Source: Synechocystis sp. PCC 6803 substr. PCC-P (lineage in GTDB: Bacteria; Cyanobacteriota; Cyanobacteriia; Cyanobacteriales; Microcystaceae). From it: a stretch of 32,000 nt of DNA. The position numbers and the translations under genes were made by a program. Within the stretch, counting starts at the first letter, position 1; each line of letters opens with the position of its first letter. Under the pieces are notes generated by a model. It searched no databases, had not been told where the DNA came from, and saw only the letters and a program-made list of their open reading frames with translations. The stretch is from NCBI RefSeq assembly GCF_000284455.1, contig NC_017039.1, positions 2,520,001-2,552,000 of the forward strand, given 5' to 3'. Shown one piece after another: positions 18,647 to 28,597 of this stretch.

Positions 18647-19627
18647 TCACTGGCTGGTGGTGATACCCCGTTCTCGCAGTTGGCGGATGAAATAATCTTC
18701 CAGGGAAGGGCGGGCCAGGTTCATGCTGATCAAACGGGCATTAAGACTGGGTAACGCATCCACTAGAGCTTGGACATCCCCTTGGTAATGGCCGTGCCAA
18801 ACATCCTGTTCCTGACTTAAATTGGCTAGATATTTACCCAACGCCTCTTCTTCTCCTCCCTTGAGCACCACTTCATAGCCTTCGTCATTACCTAACACTT
18901 CCGCCAAAGAACCACTGCACAGCAATTCCCCCCGCGCCAAAATGGCAATGCGGTCACAAATTTGTTCCACGTCCGCCAAAATGTGGGAGTTGAAAAAGAT
19001 GGTTTTGCCCTGTTCCTTGAGGGAAAGAATAATTTCCCGCACTTGGTAGCGCCCCAGGGGGTCCAAACCGGACATGGGTTCATCGAGGAAAACGACTTCA
19101 GGATCGTTAATCAATGCCTGGGCCATGCCCACCCGTTGCAACATACCTTTGGAATATTGTCGCAATTGCTTCTTTTTGGCGGTTTTTTGGGCTAACCCCA
19201 CCAGGTCACACATGGCCAGAATGCGCCGTTGTCGTTCCTGTTTCCCAATTTGAAACAGACTGCCGATGTAATCCAAAAATTCCCAAGCGGTTAAAAAGTC
19301 ATAAAAGTAGGCATTTTCCGGTAGGTAGCCCACCCGTTGTTTAGTCTGGCGATCGCCGATGGGTTTGCCTAGTAGAGTACCCCGGCCACCGCTGGCACGA
19401 ATTACCCCCAAAAGAATTTTTAACAGGGTAGTTTTACCTGCTCCATTAGGACCCAGTAAACCAAAGGTTTCCCCTTGCTGTACGGCAATGGACAAAGGTT
19501 TAAGGGACTCCACCTTCTGATTCATCCAAAAGCCGGTGCGGTAGATTTTGCTAATTTCCCAAGTTTCCACCACATTGGCCTGAATCGGTGGCTTTTCCTC
19601 AGCGGCGATCGGAGTTGACACAACCAT
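18647..19627 (-). CDS. ABC transporter ATP-binding protein (ABC-2 / DrrA-like), with no adjacent permease
   Basis: Walker A GPNGAGKTT, signature-like YSKGMLQR and Walker B VVFLDEP. I prefer ATG at 19627, which has GGAGG 9-10 nt upstream. The longer track ORF would overlap the upstream gene. Confidence 0.88.
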   Translation of the reverse strand: MVVSTPIAAEEKPPIQANVVETWEISKIYRTGFWMNQKVESLKPLSIAVQQGETFGLLGPNGAGKTTLLKILLGVIRASGGRGTLLGKPIGDRQTKQRVGYLPENAYFYDFLTAWEFLDYIGSLFQIGKQERQRRILAMCDLVGLAQKTAKKKQLRQYSKGMLQRVGMAQALINDPEVVFLDEPMSGLDPLGRYQVREIILSLKEQGKTIFFNSHILADVEQICDRIAILARGELLCSGSLAEVLGNDEGYEVVLKGGEEEALGKYLANLSQEQDVWHGHYQGDVQALVDALPSLNARLISMNLARPSLEDYFIRQLRERGITTSQ

Positions 19628-19689
19628 TGCTCTTTTTCCTCCCTGAAAAAATCCTGCTCCCAAGAGCGAGTCACTAAATATACTAAATA

Positions 19690-20550
19690 TTAAGTAACAT
19701 CGAAAACGCATTGATCGGTTTCGATCATGGTGGGAAAAGTCTTAAAAATGACTGTGCAGGATTTGACATACTGCTGAGCCCATTGTTGAGCCAACTCAAT
19801 TTGCTTTGGGGTCAACTGTTCCTGCTTGGCCCCTTGATAGTTAAGTTTAACGATCTTTTTATCCACCTCAAACTGGGCAAACCATTCTTGTTTGGGCCGG
19901 GCCGATTGTAGATAACGGCTAGCCATGGTACTGCCCAAATAATGATTACCCAAATTACCTAAATATTCAAAAGTCAACAACAGGTCTTCCACCGTCAAGC
20001 TAGTGGGTAGGGGCGCTGGGGATTGAGTCTGAGCTTCAGTTTGAGGATCAGGAGTAGCGCTCCCTGTTTCTTTAATCAGACCAAAGTTTTCCGGTCTAAA
20101 GCCAGCATCAAACTGGGTTTGTTGATTGTATTTTGCCTTGCTTAACTTTGCTCCGGTTAAGTCTGCCCCCGTCAGCAAGGCTCCATGCAAACAGGCATCT
20201 TCAAGATTAGCCCTGGTTAACAAAGCTCCGGCACAAAGGGCATTGTTTAAATGAGCTCCCTGGAGGTTGACTTTAAGCAAAAAAGTTTTTATTAGAGATG
20301 CTTGCCTTAGGTCCGCCTTAGCTAAATTCGCCCCCGACAGATCTGCATTGTTAAAATAGCATCCCTGTAATTTACAGCCTTGCAAATCCGTTCCTCGCAG
20401 GTTAGCTTCACTGAAGTCCGATCCGCTAAAATCCGCCCCTGCTAGGGTGAAGCCATGGAGGTCAATGTGCCGTAGGGCTAAGTTGGGAAAATTGCGTTCC
20501 CCTACCTGGTACTGACGAAGAATTGCCTGGGCTTGATTATTGTCTACCAT
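19690..20550 (-). CDS. Pentapeptide-repeat protein with an unrelated C-terminal domain of roughly 100 aa
   Basis: About 130 aa of A(D/N)LxG-type pentapeptide repeats (ADFSGSDFSEANLRGTDLQGCKLQGCYFNNADLSGANLAKADL...), then a Pro/Thr/Gln linker and a non-repeat tail. Confidence 0.85.
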   Translation of the reverse strand: MVDNNQAQAILRQYQVGERNFPNLALRHIDLHGFTLAGADFSGSDFSEANLRGTDLQGCKLQGCYFNNADLSGANLAKADLRQASLIKTFLLKVNLQGAHLNNALCAGALLTRANLEDACLHGALLTGADLTGAKLSKAKYNQQTQFDAGFRPENFGLIKETGSATPDPQTEAQTQSPAPLPTSLTVEDLLLTFEYLGNLGNHYLGSTMASRYLQSARPKQEWFAQFEVDKKIVKLNYQGAKQEQLTPKQIELAQQWAQQYVKSCTVIFKTFPTMIETDQCVFDVT

Positions 20551-20793
20551 CGAAAATTTTTCCGCTGCCGAGACTGCCGGTCAATTAAGATTAACCCTAT
20601 CTAGTGCAAACCATAGCATTGAGTGGGTAACTTGTTGTCAACCCTTCATTGTACCTTGCAAATATGGAGCAGGGGTTAGCTTCCATACTCCAGCTAAGTC
20701 CCTCCAAAGTATTGGTATTTGGAGGATTTGGAACTTTCCCTTTGAGCATCAAAAAGAAGGGTGCGACCAAAATTTTTTTCTAGGAGGCCAACT

Positions 20794-21513
20794 ATGGGCA
20801 TATCAAAACTTTCTAAATTTTCTGCATCCGTGCTCTTGTCCGGTGCGATACTCACCACCTTGCCCCCCTCTCCCCTCTGGGCTAACGAAATGCAACAATT
20901 GCTCACTGTCACCGGCCAAGCTTCGGAGTCTGTCCCCACCACCCTAACGGAGGCTCAGCTAACAGTGGAAGTCCAAGCCGATACCGCTGACCAGGTGCAA
21001 ACGGCGATCGCCGAACGGAGTAACCGTCTGGTGGCCTATCTACGCAGTCAAAGGGTGGATAAATTACAAACCCAAGGACTCCAACTCCAACCCAATTATG
21101 TTTACAGCAATAACGAAAGAAGACTGGAAGGTTACATCGGCAGTAACACCGTCAGTTTTCAGTACCCAAGCGACCAAGTGGGAAAAATCCTTGATGAAGC
21201 TGTGCGGGCCGGGGCCAGTCGCATCGATGGTATCCGCTTTATTGCCACTCCTGAAACCCTCAAAGCGGCTGAGCAAAAGGCCCTAGTAGCCGCCACCGCC
21301 GATGCCCAAGCCCAAGCTCGGGTGGTGTTGTCCAGTTTGAATCTAACGCCTCAAAACATTGTCCGTATTGTCATTAACCCTAGCCCGGACCAACCCATGC
21401 CCCTTTTTCGGGGCGCCCTGGCCGCCTCCCCCATGGCAGAGTCTGCTCCCACCCCCATTATTAGCGGTGACCAAACAGTGCAGGCCACAGTAACTTTGGA
21501 AATTGCCTATTAA
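20794..21513 (+). CDS. SIMPL / DUF541 periplasmic protein (26-kDa periplasmic immunogenic protein family)
   Basis: Signal peptide, then LTVTGQASESVPTTLTEAQLTVEV ... ISGDQTVQATVTLEIAY, typical of SIMPL. ATG at 20794 is preceded by AGGAGG, whereas the track start at 20761 is a GTG. Confidence 0.8.
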   Translation: MGISKLSKFSASVLLSGAILTTLPPSPLWANEMQQLLTVTGQASESVPTTLTEAQLTVEVQADTADQVQTAIAERSNRLVAYLRSQRVDKLQTQGLQLQPNYVYSNNERRLEGYIGSNTVSFQYPSDQVGKILDEAVRAGASRIDGIRFIATPETLKAAEQKALVAATADAQAQARVVLSSLNLTPQNIVRIVINPSPDQPMPLFRGALAASPMAESAPTPIISGDQTVQATVTLEIAY

Positions 21514-21550
21514 CTAATGTCAAATGATAAGCCTTATTTTCCTAGATCTG

Positions 21551-22204
21551 TTAAGGAGTGGGGCCATTGGGGGGATTGCCATTACCCGGCTGGACCAAAT
21601 TAGGGGGGTTGCCGGGGTTCCCTTCCGGCTCCCGAATTTCGGGGATGGGCAGCCAGTAGAGCACCAGGGCAAAAACCGCTAAGCCCAAAGCTCCCAAGCT
21701 GGCAGGAATGGCCCGTTGCACAAAGGGTTCATCCGATTGTCGGTGGCGGCGGGACAGGGGCTCCAGGGTAAGGGAAAAATCCGGTAAGGTATGCCGATCG
21801 CCAATAAACTGATCCACCGCTTCCACTAGGTCAAAAAGTTCCACAGTGCTTAGGTCAACGGCGATCGCCTCGGAGGATTCATCGGCCGGCGGATGCCACA
21901 CCAAACGGTGCAGGGCCTGATCCGGCAGGGGCATTAACTCGGCCCATTCCCCATTTTCCCCCTTGGTTTCTGCGGGGTGGGGAATCCCACTCAAACAACC
22001 CTGGGCGTAACTGTTGACCGCCTTGGCCAAGGCTTCCAGAAAAGCCCTCCCCCCCTCTAAACTTTGATTGGTACTGAGAAACTGACAACGGGCATTGAGA
22101 ATGATTTGCAAATCCCCGTTGCTAGAACCGGGGTCAGTGCCGCTGGCCATGCCCTCCAGGGTGAGGGTACAGTTGGGTAGGCGATAGGGTCGTTGAATAT
22201 TCAA
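21551..22204 (-). CDS. Conserved cyanobacterial hypothetical protein (resembles the family I recall as DUF4335) with a C-terminal TM helix and a Pro/Gly/Asn-rich tail
   Basis: The N-terminus (M)NIQRPYRLPNCTLTLEG matches my memory of that family. The only start that keeps it is a TTG at 22204-22202, which overlaps the upstream stop. Confidence 0.6.
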   Translation of the reverse strand: MNIQRPYRLPNCTLTLEGMASGTDPGSSNGDLQIILNARCQFLSTNQSLEGGRAFLEALAKAVNSYAQGCLSGIPHPAETKGENGEWAELMPLPDQALHRLVWHPPADESSEAIAVDLSTVELFDLVEAVDQFIGDRHTLPDFSLTLEPLSRRHRQSDEPFVQRAIPASLGALGLAVFALVLYWLPIPEIREPEGNPGNPPNLVQPGNGNPPNGPTP

Positions 22205-22809
22205 GCTACTTCTCCGTCAAACAAGCTGATCCATAAACGTTCCATGCCAATGGTGCCGGTGCAAAACATCAATTGGTTAAGCAAACCCAGGGCAAAATCG
22301 TCCATGGCCGGTTCCGAAGCCAACAACACCGATACTTTAGCCCGGCGGGGATTCATCCGGCTACTAAAATGGGAACGGAATTGGTCTAGGTAATCCGACA
22401 GTAAAAAATTGGTGCCCACTGGCAACTGTTTGGCTCGCATTTGTCGTTCCGCAATTAGTAATTGCCGCATGGTTACATTTAACGGCTTGGCCTGGTAGTG
22501 GGCGATCGCCGTCAGGGCCTTAGCTTGGTCTAGGGTGAGTAGGGTGCGGTTATAGGAACGTCGCCAGGGGTTAGTACAGCGTAACCGCCACAGGGCTAGA
22601 GCATGGGGAATGATGGATTGCAAACCTAAACTTTCCGCACTGGCTAACATTTTCGACGCCGAGCCCACATCCAAAGCCTCGATCGCCAGTAATAGCAAAT
22701 CAAGGCGTTGCTGTAACTGGCTGGCACACCGCTGATTAGACAGGGGAAAATCCGGCAAAGTTTTTAGCACAGCGGCCTGTTCTTCAACAACAACAGCGGC
22801 ATCAGACAT
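22201..22809 (-). CDS. Conserved cyanobacterial hypothetical protein (resembles the family I recall as DUF3038)
   Basis: Long clean ORF with codon usage like its neighbours. I prefer ATG at 22809 (MSDAAVVV...). The LDLLLLAIEALD motif is recalled from that family. Confidence 0.55.
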   Translation of the reverse strand: MSDAAVVVEEQAAVLKTLPDFPLSNQRCASQLQQRLDLLLLAIEALDVGSASKMLASAESLGLQSIIPHALALWRLRCTNPWRRSYNRTLLTLDQAKALTAIAHYQAKPLNVTMRQLLIAERQMRAKQLPVGTNFLLSDYLDQFRSHFSSRMNPRRAKVSVLLASEPAMDDFALGLLNQLMFCTGTIGMERLWISLFDGEVA

Positions 22810-22948
22810 GGGCGAAGTTAACACAGGCTGAGTTGGGCAAAGGAAAATAACAGTAAAAAGGGCGACCAAAGGATCGGAGGAAATGACCTAAACAACGATC
22901 TAAACTCTGACACTGCCAACCATGGTATCGCATCGGGTCGGACTCCCA

Positions 22949-24208
22949 TCAAAAACCACGGCTGACCAGGAAAAAGCCAGTCTGCAGACCACCAATAATC
23001 AACCCTAGCACTCCCCCCAAGTTGACAATGGCCTGGAGTTCGCTGCGCACAATGGCCTGGACAGCGGTTTCCAGCTCGGCGGCGGGGGTTTCATTAATAC
23101 GGTTGATAATCACCTGGTCAATGGCCAGGATGGGGATAATTTGCTTAACAATTTTTTCTAGGTCATCCTCCAAATACCGTTCCAAAATTGAGGCCAATTC
23201 CTCACTTACCAAGCCCAAGGAGCCGGTTACCGCTGTGGAAGACTGGAGCCGATTGACAATGAGCACCGCCACATTATCCCAATCCACCGAGCTACCAAAA
23301 TCCTTCAGCAATGGTTCCCCCCGCTCCCGAATATAGGTCCGCACCACTTCCCCTGTGGTCCGCCGTAGTTGTCGCACCGTCGAAACCGGTAAATTTTCCA
23401 GGGACAATTGCTGTAGCCAGTCCTTGAGGCGATTCCGAATTTCTAGGGAAAGCAATAATTCCTTCAAGCGTAAATTGGCCGTTTCCTTTTCCTCCAGGCA
23501 AAAAGCCCGCAAACGGGTGAGGGAATTACGCACCCCAAATAAATTGGCCACCACCCAATAGGTGCCACTGGTTTTTTCTCGAAAACCCTCATCAATCACC
23601 TGGATATTGCGATCGCTCAAAAAGTCCACCAACGCCAAACGAATCGTGTCCGGCGGCAACACTGTGCCCAGTAACCAATCAGCAAACTGACGGGATTGTA
23701 ATTCCGACAGCCGAAATTCCAGCAAAATTTGGTCAAAAATACGGTTAATCTGGTCCGAGAGAAAATTATCCTGCCGAGCCAGGGCTTTTAATAGGCGGGG
23801 TAAAGATTCACTAAATAAATCTCGTAAAATATTGGCGAGAATTTGGGCGGTTTTTTGTTGCTTATCTTCCCGAATTTGCTTTAGGGCCAATTGCAATAAC
23901 CATCCTAAAGCTCCCTCTACCCGCTCCCGTTGCAGTAGTTTACGGGCCAGCCGTTGTAGCTCCTCCGGGGTCAGCAAAGAACCCATAATGGTGTCGGAAA
24001 CCCTCTTAGCCAGTCGTTCCTGGTTGCGGGGAATTAATCCAGGAGTAAAGGGGAGTTGATAGGGGCCCAGAAAGAGAGGTTTGTAGGGACGAAAGAGCAT
24101 TTTGATGGCTAAATCGTTGGTGAAATAGCCAATAATTCCCCCCGCAATGGGTGGTAAAGCTAGGGAGAGGAGTAGGGAGTAATTAATCATCATCAAAGGC
24201 AAGGGCAT
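22949..24208 (-). CDS. DUF445 family membrane protein
   Basis: The N-terminus [22 protein letters not shown] is the DUF445 hallmark, and there is a C-terminal TM helix. Confidence 0.75.
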
Positions 24209-24353
24209 GGAATCCCCGACCCAAACTGAACGGTATGGAAGTTTTGTTTAAGTAATGGTTGCGAAAAGGGAAAGTTAAAAGTTCTCGTCAGTGCCAACAA
24301 ACAAATTTCCCCTCCTTCCCAAGGTAGTAAATACTGCAATGGCGGATCAAAGA

Positions 24354-24881
24354 TCACTGTCTCAGCTTTAGTAAATGTTCCTGTACCACCGGTGGTAAAC
24401 GGCGCATAATTTTGCCCTTGGCAGGGTCGATCGCCACTAGGGTAATTTTGCCAGTTACACAGGGTTCCCCGGTTTCCAGACAAACAATTTGATTTTGCCA
24501 TTCCAGCCGCACTTTCTGAATTTCTTGCATTTGCACTTTAATCACTGCTGTTTGTCCCAAGCGGATGGCTCGGTGGTACCGTAGGGCCAGGCTCACCACA
24601 GGTAAATCACAACCCAGCTTGACCAAGTCGGCAAAATCCACTCCAATGGACCGCAAACATTCCACTCGGGCGGTTTCCAGCCAGGTTAGGTAGGTGCCAT
24701 GCCAAACAACGCCGCCGTAATCAGTGTGGTGGGGTTGTACCCGGACCATAATCTCAAACCACTTTTCGGTCACAGCTTCCAGTTCCTGTTGGTGAACTAG
24801 ACAATGGTCTCCCTGGGGGCTTGGGGGTAATTGGGGCTTGGGGGAATCACTCACAGTCAATCTAAAGGGGGCATTAAACAA
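24354..24881 (-). CDS. Hotdog-fold acyl-CoA thioesterase (4HBT / YbgC-like); start uncertain
   Basis: VRVQPHHTDYGGVVWHGTYLTWLETARVECL matches the 4HBT catalytic-Asp region. The track start at 24881 is a TTG, and the first ATG (IMVRV) would clip the first strand. Confidence 0.75.
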   Translation of the reverse strand: MFNAPFRLTVSDSPKPQLPPSPQGDHCLVHQQELEAVTEKWFEIMVRVQPHHTDYGGVVWHGTYLTWLETARVECLRSIGVDFADLVKLGCDLPVVSLALRYHRAIRLGQTAVIKVQMQEIQKVRLEWQNQIVCLETGEPCVTGKITLVAIDPAKGKIMRRLPPVVQEHLLKLRQ

Positions 24882-24893
24882 CGCTGATCCCCA

Positions 24894-25856
24894 TCATACC
24901 GAGTCCGGGGTGGCCTCTGTTATGGGTTCCCTTAGGGGAGCAAAGCCAACGGCATGGTCTGGTAAGTTCCACTTTTGGGCCAGGGCCAACACTTGACCCC
25001 TGGCGATCGCCGTTTCAAACACGGAGGAAAAAATGGCGGGGATGGGATGGGTTTTTAACCAATGGTTCAGTACCCTAGGATTCCCCATGATGGCGGCTTT
25101 GAGGATGTAAAGCCCGGACCAACCTTTATCGTAGAGTTGGGCGAGTTGAGCTAAGCTGCATACCGCTTCGTCTAGGGCGATGGAGGTAGCAAAATCTTCT
25201 TGCAGTCGAAACATCTCGTCAATTTCCCCAGGAGGCAGGGGTTGCTCCAGGTATTGAATTTTGGGCCCAGAATTTTCCCTTTGGCGATCGAGGAGAGTTA
25301 ACCATTGTTGGGCGATGTCCACACTCAAACCGCCGTTGGCATCGAGGCGAATTTGACAGCCTTCCGGTAACCGTCGCCATAACTGCCCATACAAATCCCT
25401 TTCTACAGCAAAATCCCCGACGCCAATTTTCCATTTAAACGTGCTAGCTCCCAACTGGGGATTGGAGGCGAGATAATCCAGGGCGGCCTCCCCTGTAGGC
25501 AAAAGTTGACAGTAACTGAGAGAGTTGGGGGAATTTTCAATCACACTGCCGCTCTCTAACTCCCACTCCGCTGAGCCAAAGGCAAACCCACAACAGGGTA
25601 GGCGATCGCCAATTTTCTCAATTTGCGCGGGGGTAATCCGACCTTTTAAACTGCGGCAAAAATCCGTGGCGCTGGCTAAATCTTCCGTGCCAAACCAGGG
25701 TAGGGGAGCAATTTCTCCTCGGCCCCTGTTACCCCTTTGGTCGGTTAACTCCACAATCAAGCCCCGTCGCCGTTGCCAATGGCCATGGGCTGTTACCACT
25801 GGCTTAGGCAGGGGGAAATTGTAGGAATAAAATTTAACGTGATAGGGTTTATCCAT
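24894..25856 (-). CDS. menC: o-Succinylbenzoate synthase (enolase superfamily)
   Basis: 320 aa with an MLE/OSBS-like pattern: KWKIG, RLDANGG, YLEQP and IALDE metal-ligand and catalytic-Lys contexts. Confidence 0.85.
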
Positions 25857-25959
25857 GGCCCAGGCTGGGATTAACGGCTACATTAATCTCAAAAAATAAA
25901 GAAAAGAGAGGTATTTTTACCTCCCTTAATAAAGTTTCTGACAATGGTTCACTGATTTA

Positions 25960-27102
25960 TCAACTATTGCCGTTAACTAAATTGTCTGCACCGCTAATTA
26001 CTTTGGCGGAAACAATTTTGTCCCCTTCACTCAACTGTTCCAACGTTTCTTTCCCGTCCACCACATAACCGAAGACCGAATAACGGCCATCCATCAAATT
26101 AAACCCCGGTGGAGTTAGCTCGGTATCAAACTTAAAGAAGAAAAATTGGGAAGAACCACCATTGGGTTCCGTTTCCGGCCGAGCCAAGGCGATCGCCCCG
26201 TAGGCATTGAAAGGTAAGGCCAATTCCGGTAAGTACATGCCGGCATCTTCCAAGGTCATGCCATAGATGGGGCCCTCTTCTCCCTTGACCAAAATTTCCA
26301 GGGGAATGGCCCGGTATTCTTTGGTTTGGGGGTCAATAAAGCCCGCTTCTGGCCCTGGGGGATCCCCCGCTTGAGTCACAAAGAAATCTTCCGAACGGAT
26401 AAAAGGTAAACCGTCATAGAATTTGCGTTGCACCAAATCCACAAAGTTACCGGCGTTAATGGGGGCGCTGTAGCCATCCACCACAATGGTCAGGGGACCC
26501 TTATTGGTGGTCATTTCCACCGTGGCCCGGCCCTTGAGTTGAGGAAGATTAGCAAATTCTTCAGGAATGGCAAAGGGGAAATCCGTCACCATCAGGGCTT
26601 CCAAATCCCCGATCGCCGTCAGGGCTGATTTACGGAAGCTAATCACCTGTTCTTTATCCTTAGCCTCTACTGCTTCGGTTAGGGCAGTTAAATCGGTTTT
26701 GATACTGCCCAATAAAGTTTCCGCCTCCGGTTGGCGATCGGCCGGTACCCCAGCAAGAATCTTATCTTCCTTCAAGGTGATGGTCAGATTAGCCGCCCGC
26801 ACATCTTTTTTAATCGCCGGCCAACGCTTAGCCCGGATGTGGTTAGAAATATCTTCCAAGCTGTCCTGCAAGCGCCGCACCTCTGGATTATCGATGGGCA
26901 GAGCGTAGCGCAAAATGGCATTGGGATCCGTAATGGCATTGCCCTGGGCCAAAGCACCCAACAGCATCGGCTGGTTCAAAGGCAAGCTCCATCCCGGCAT
27001 AGCCCATGTCAGAGATAGCATGGTTAGCAACAAGGACAACAAGCTCAATTGCAGGCCCCGTCGGGTAATTATCCCCAGGGGAGTTTTAATAATTTGCATC
27101 AT
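25960..27102 (-). CDS. Cyclophilin-type peptidyl-prolyl isomerase with an N-terminal helical domain (TLP40-like, lumenal or periplasmic)
   Basis: C-terminal cyclophilin domain: GNFVDLVQRKFYDG ... SQFFF ... GRYSVFGYVV. The N-terminal signal contains TRRGLQL. I prefer ATG at 27102 or 27099. Confidence 0.88.
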   Translation of the reverse strand: MMQIIKTPLGIITRRGLQLSLLSLLLTMLSLTWAMPGWSLPLNQPMLLGALAQGNAITDPNAILRYALPIDNPEVRRLQDSLEDISNHIRAKRWPAIKKDVRAANLTITLKEDKILAGVPADRQPEAETLLGSIKTDLTALTEAVEAKDKEQVISFRKSALTAIGDLEALMVTDFPFAIPEEFANLPQLKGRATVEMTTNKGPLTIVVDGYSAPINAGNFVDLVQRKFYDGLPFIRSEDFFVTQAGDPPGPEAGFIDPQTKEYRAIPLEILVKGEEGPIYGMTLEDAGMYLPELALPFNAYGAIALARPETEPNGGSSQFFFFKFDTELTPPGFNLMDGRYSVFGYVVDGKETLEQLSEGDKIVSAKVISGADNLVNGNS

Positions 27103-27214
27103 AATGATTGTGGTTTGTTCTCCAGCATAGGGGGCAACAGCAAAATTTTCCCACTTCAACGCCCCCATCCCCTAGTAGAATGTTGGGTGAACTTTTGAGT
27201 CTTCCTTGGCTTCC

Positions 27215-27778
27215 ATGATATCCAGTAACGATTTTCGCACAGGTACCAGTATTGTGATGGACGGCGCAGTCTGGAAGGTGGTGGAATTCCTCCACGTTAA
27301 ACCAGGCAAGGGTTCCGCCTTTGTGCGGACCAAGCTCAAAAGTGTTCAAACCGGCAACGTGGTGGAAAAAACTTTCCGGGCGGGGGAAACGGTGCCCCAG
27401 GCCAACATCGAAAAATCAGTGATGCAACATACCTATAAAGATGGGGACCAATATGTCTTTATGGATATGGAAACCTTTGAAGAGGTGAGCATTGCCCCCG
27501 ATACCCTGGGAGACAAGGCCAAATTCATCAAAGAGGAGATGGAAGTCAGCGTTGTCACTTGGGATGGCACCATTCTGGATGTGGAATTGCCTACCAGCGT
27601 TGTGCTGGAAATTGTTGAAACTGACCCCGGTGTGAAGGGAGATACGGCCACTGGCGGCACCAAGCCAGCCATTTTGGAAACCGGTGCCCAGGTAATGGTG
27701 CCCCTATTCATTGCCCAGGGAGAAAGGATTAAAGTTGATACCAGGGATGGTTCCTACCTAGGACGGGACAATGCCTAA
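27215..27778 (+). CDS. efp: Elongation factor P
   Basis: [42 protein letters not shown] is canonical EF-P, including the KPGKG loop. The ATG is at 27215, while the track start at 27206 is a TTG. Confidence 0.97.
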   Translation: MISSNDFRTGTSIVMDGAVWKVVEFLHVKPGKGSAFVRTKLKSVQTGNVVEKTFRAGETVPQANIEKSVMQHTYKDGDQYVFMDMETFEEVSIAPDTLGDKAKFIKEEMEVSVVTWDGTILDVELPTSVVLEIVETDPGVKGDTATGGTKPAILETGAQVMVPLFIAQGERIKVDTRDGSYLGRDNA

Positions 27779-27885
27779 GCTGTGCTTAACTTGATCAATT
27801 GGGTAGATGGATTTTAACCCGTAGGCTCATTGGTCAGCTCAAGCTTTACTAATCGTATTTTGTTGTATTGGGGGGTGGGTAATTC

Positions 27886-28350
27886 GTGGCTATTAACTTT
27901 ACGGAACTGCGGGAATTGTTGGGGGTAATTTCCCAAAGTAATATCACGGAGTTCAGTCTAAAAAGCGGCGATTTTGAGGTGTCAGTCCGTAAGGATGGTA
28001 TGGCCGGCGGCATCTCCGTTGTCCCTCAGGCGATCGCCCCCCAGCCTGCCCCGGTGGTTTCTGCCTCAGTTCCCTCCCCCGAAGTTGCGGCCCCATCCCC
28101 AGCGGATCAAAAGTGGACGGCGATCGTTTCCCCCATGGTGGGTACTTTTTACCGAGCCCCAGCCCCGGATGAGCCTCCCTTTGTGGAAGTGGGAGATGCA
28201 GTCAGCAAAGGCCAGGGAGTGTGCATCATTGAAGCAATGAAGTTAATGAATGAAATTGAAGCGGAAGTGGCGGGGCAAGTGATGGAGATTGTGGTGGAAA
28301 ATGGGGAGCCGGTGGAATACGGTCAAACCCTAATGTGGATTAAACCCTAG
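27886..28350 (+). CDS. accB: Biotin carboxyl carrier protein of acetyl-CoA carboxylase
   Basis: EAMKLMNEIEA biotinylation motif and a Pro/Ala-rich linker. The start is GTG, and it sits downstream of efp as in many bacteria. Confidence 0.95.
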   Translation: MAINFTELRELLGVISQSNITEFSLKSGDFEVSVRKDGMAGGISVVPQAIAPQPAPVVSASVPSPEVAAPSPADQKWTAIVSPMVGTFYRAPAPDEPPFVEVGDAVSKGQGVCIIEAMKLMNEIEAEVAGQVMEIVVENGEPVEYGQTLMWIKP

Positions 28351-28375
28351 AGGTCCCTTTAAAATGTCCTTTGCC

Positions 28376-28398
28376 CCGAAGTTTGCAAGGAACTTCGG
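28376..28398 (+). other. Perfect 8-bp stem hairpin downstream of accB (CCGAAGTT-N7-AACTTCGG); no T-run
   Basis: Read directly from the sequence. It is followed by a C-run (ACCCCCCCCC), not a U-tract, so a terminator role is uncertain. Confidence 0.3.
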
Positions 28399-28597
28399 TA
28401 AACCCCCCCCCTATCATTTGAGTTTTAGTGGAGCCATTTAGAATAGAAACCCAAATTTCGCGGCACAGGATCTAAACTCCATTCTGCTTGACCCTGGTTC
28501 GAGATACCGTTTGGGTGCTTCCAACTCGGTGGGTTATCATAGAAGGCGATCGCCACAGCGGCCCTGATCTTTTCCAGTTGTGCCGACTTCCCCAACA

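Noticed and set aside
24193-24501. A 102-aa ORF overlapping the thioesterase 3' end and the DUF445 start
   Set aside because: It overlaps two better-supported genes on the same strand in another frame. It has no recognisable motifs and an odd Gly/Cys/Pro-rich composition.
28490-28512. GGTTCGAG, a T-loop-like motif suggesting a tRNA or tRNA fragment
   Set aside because: There is no flanking 5-bp T-stem, no acceptor stem, and no anticodon-arm structure in the surrounding 90 nt.
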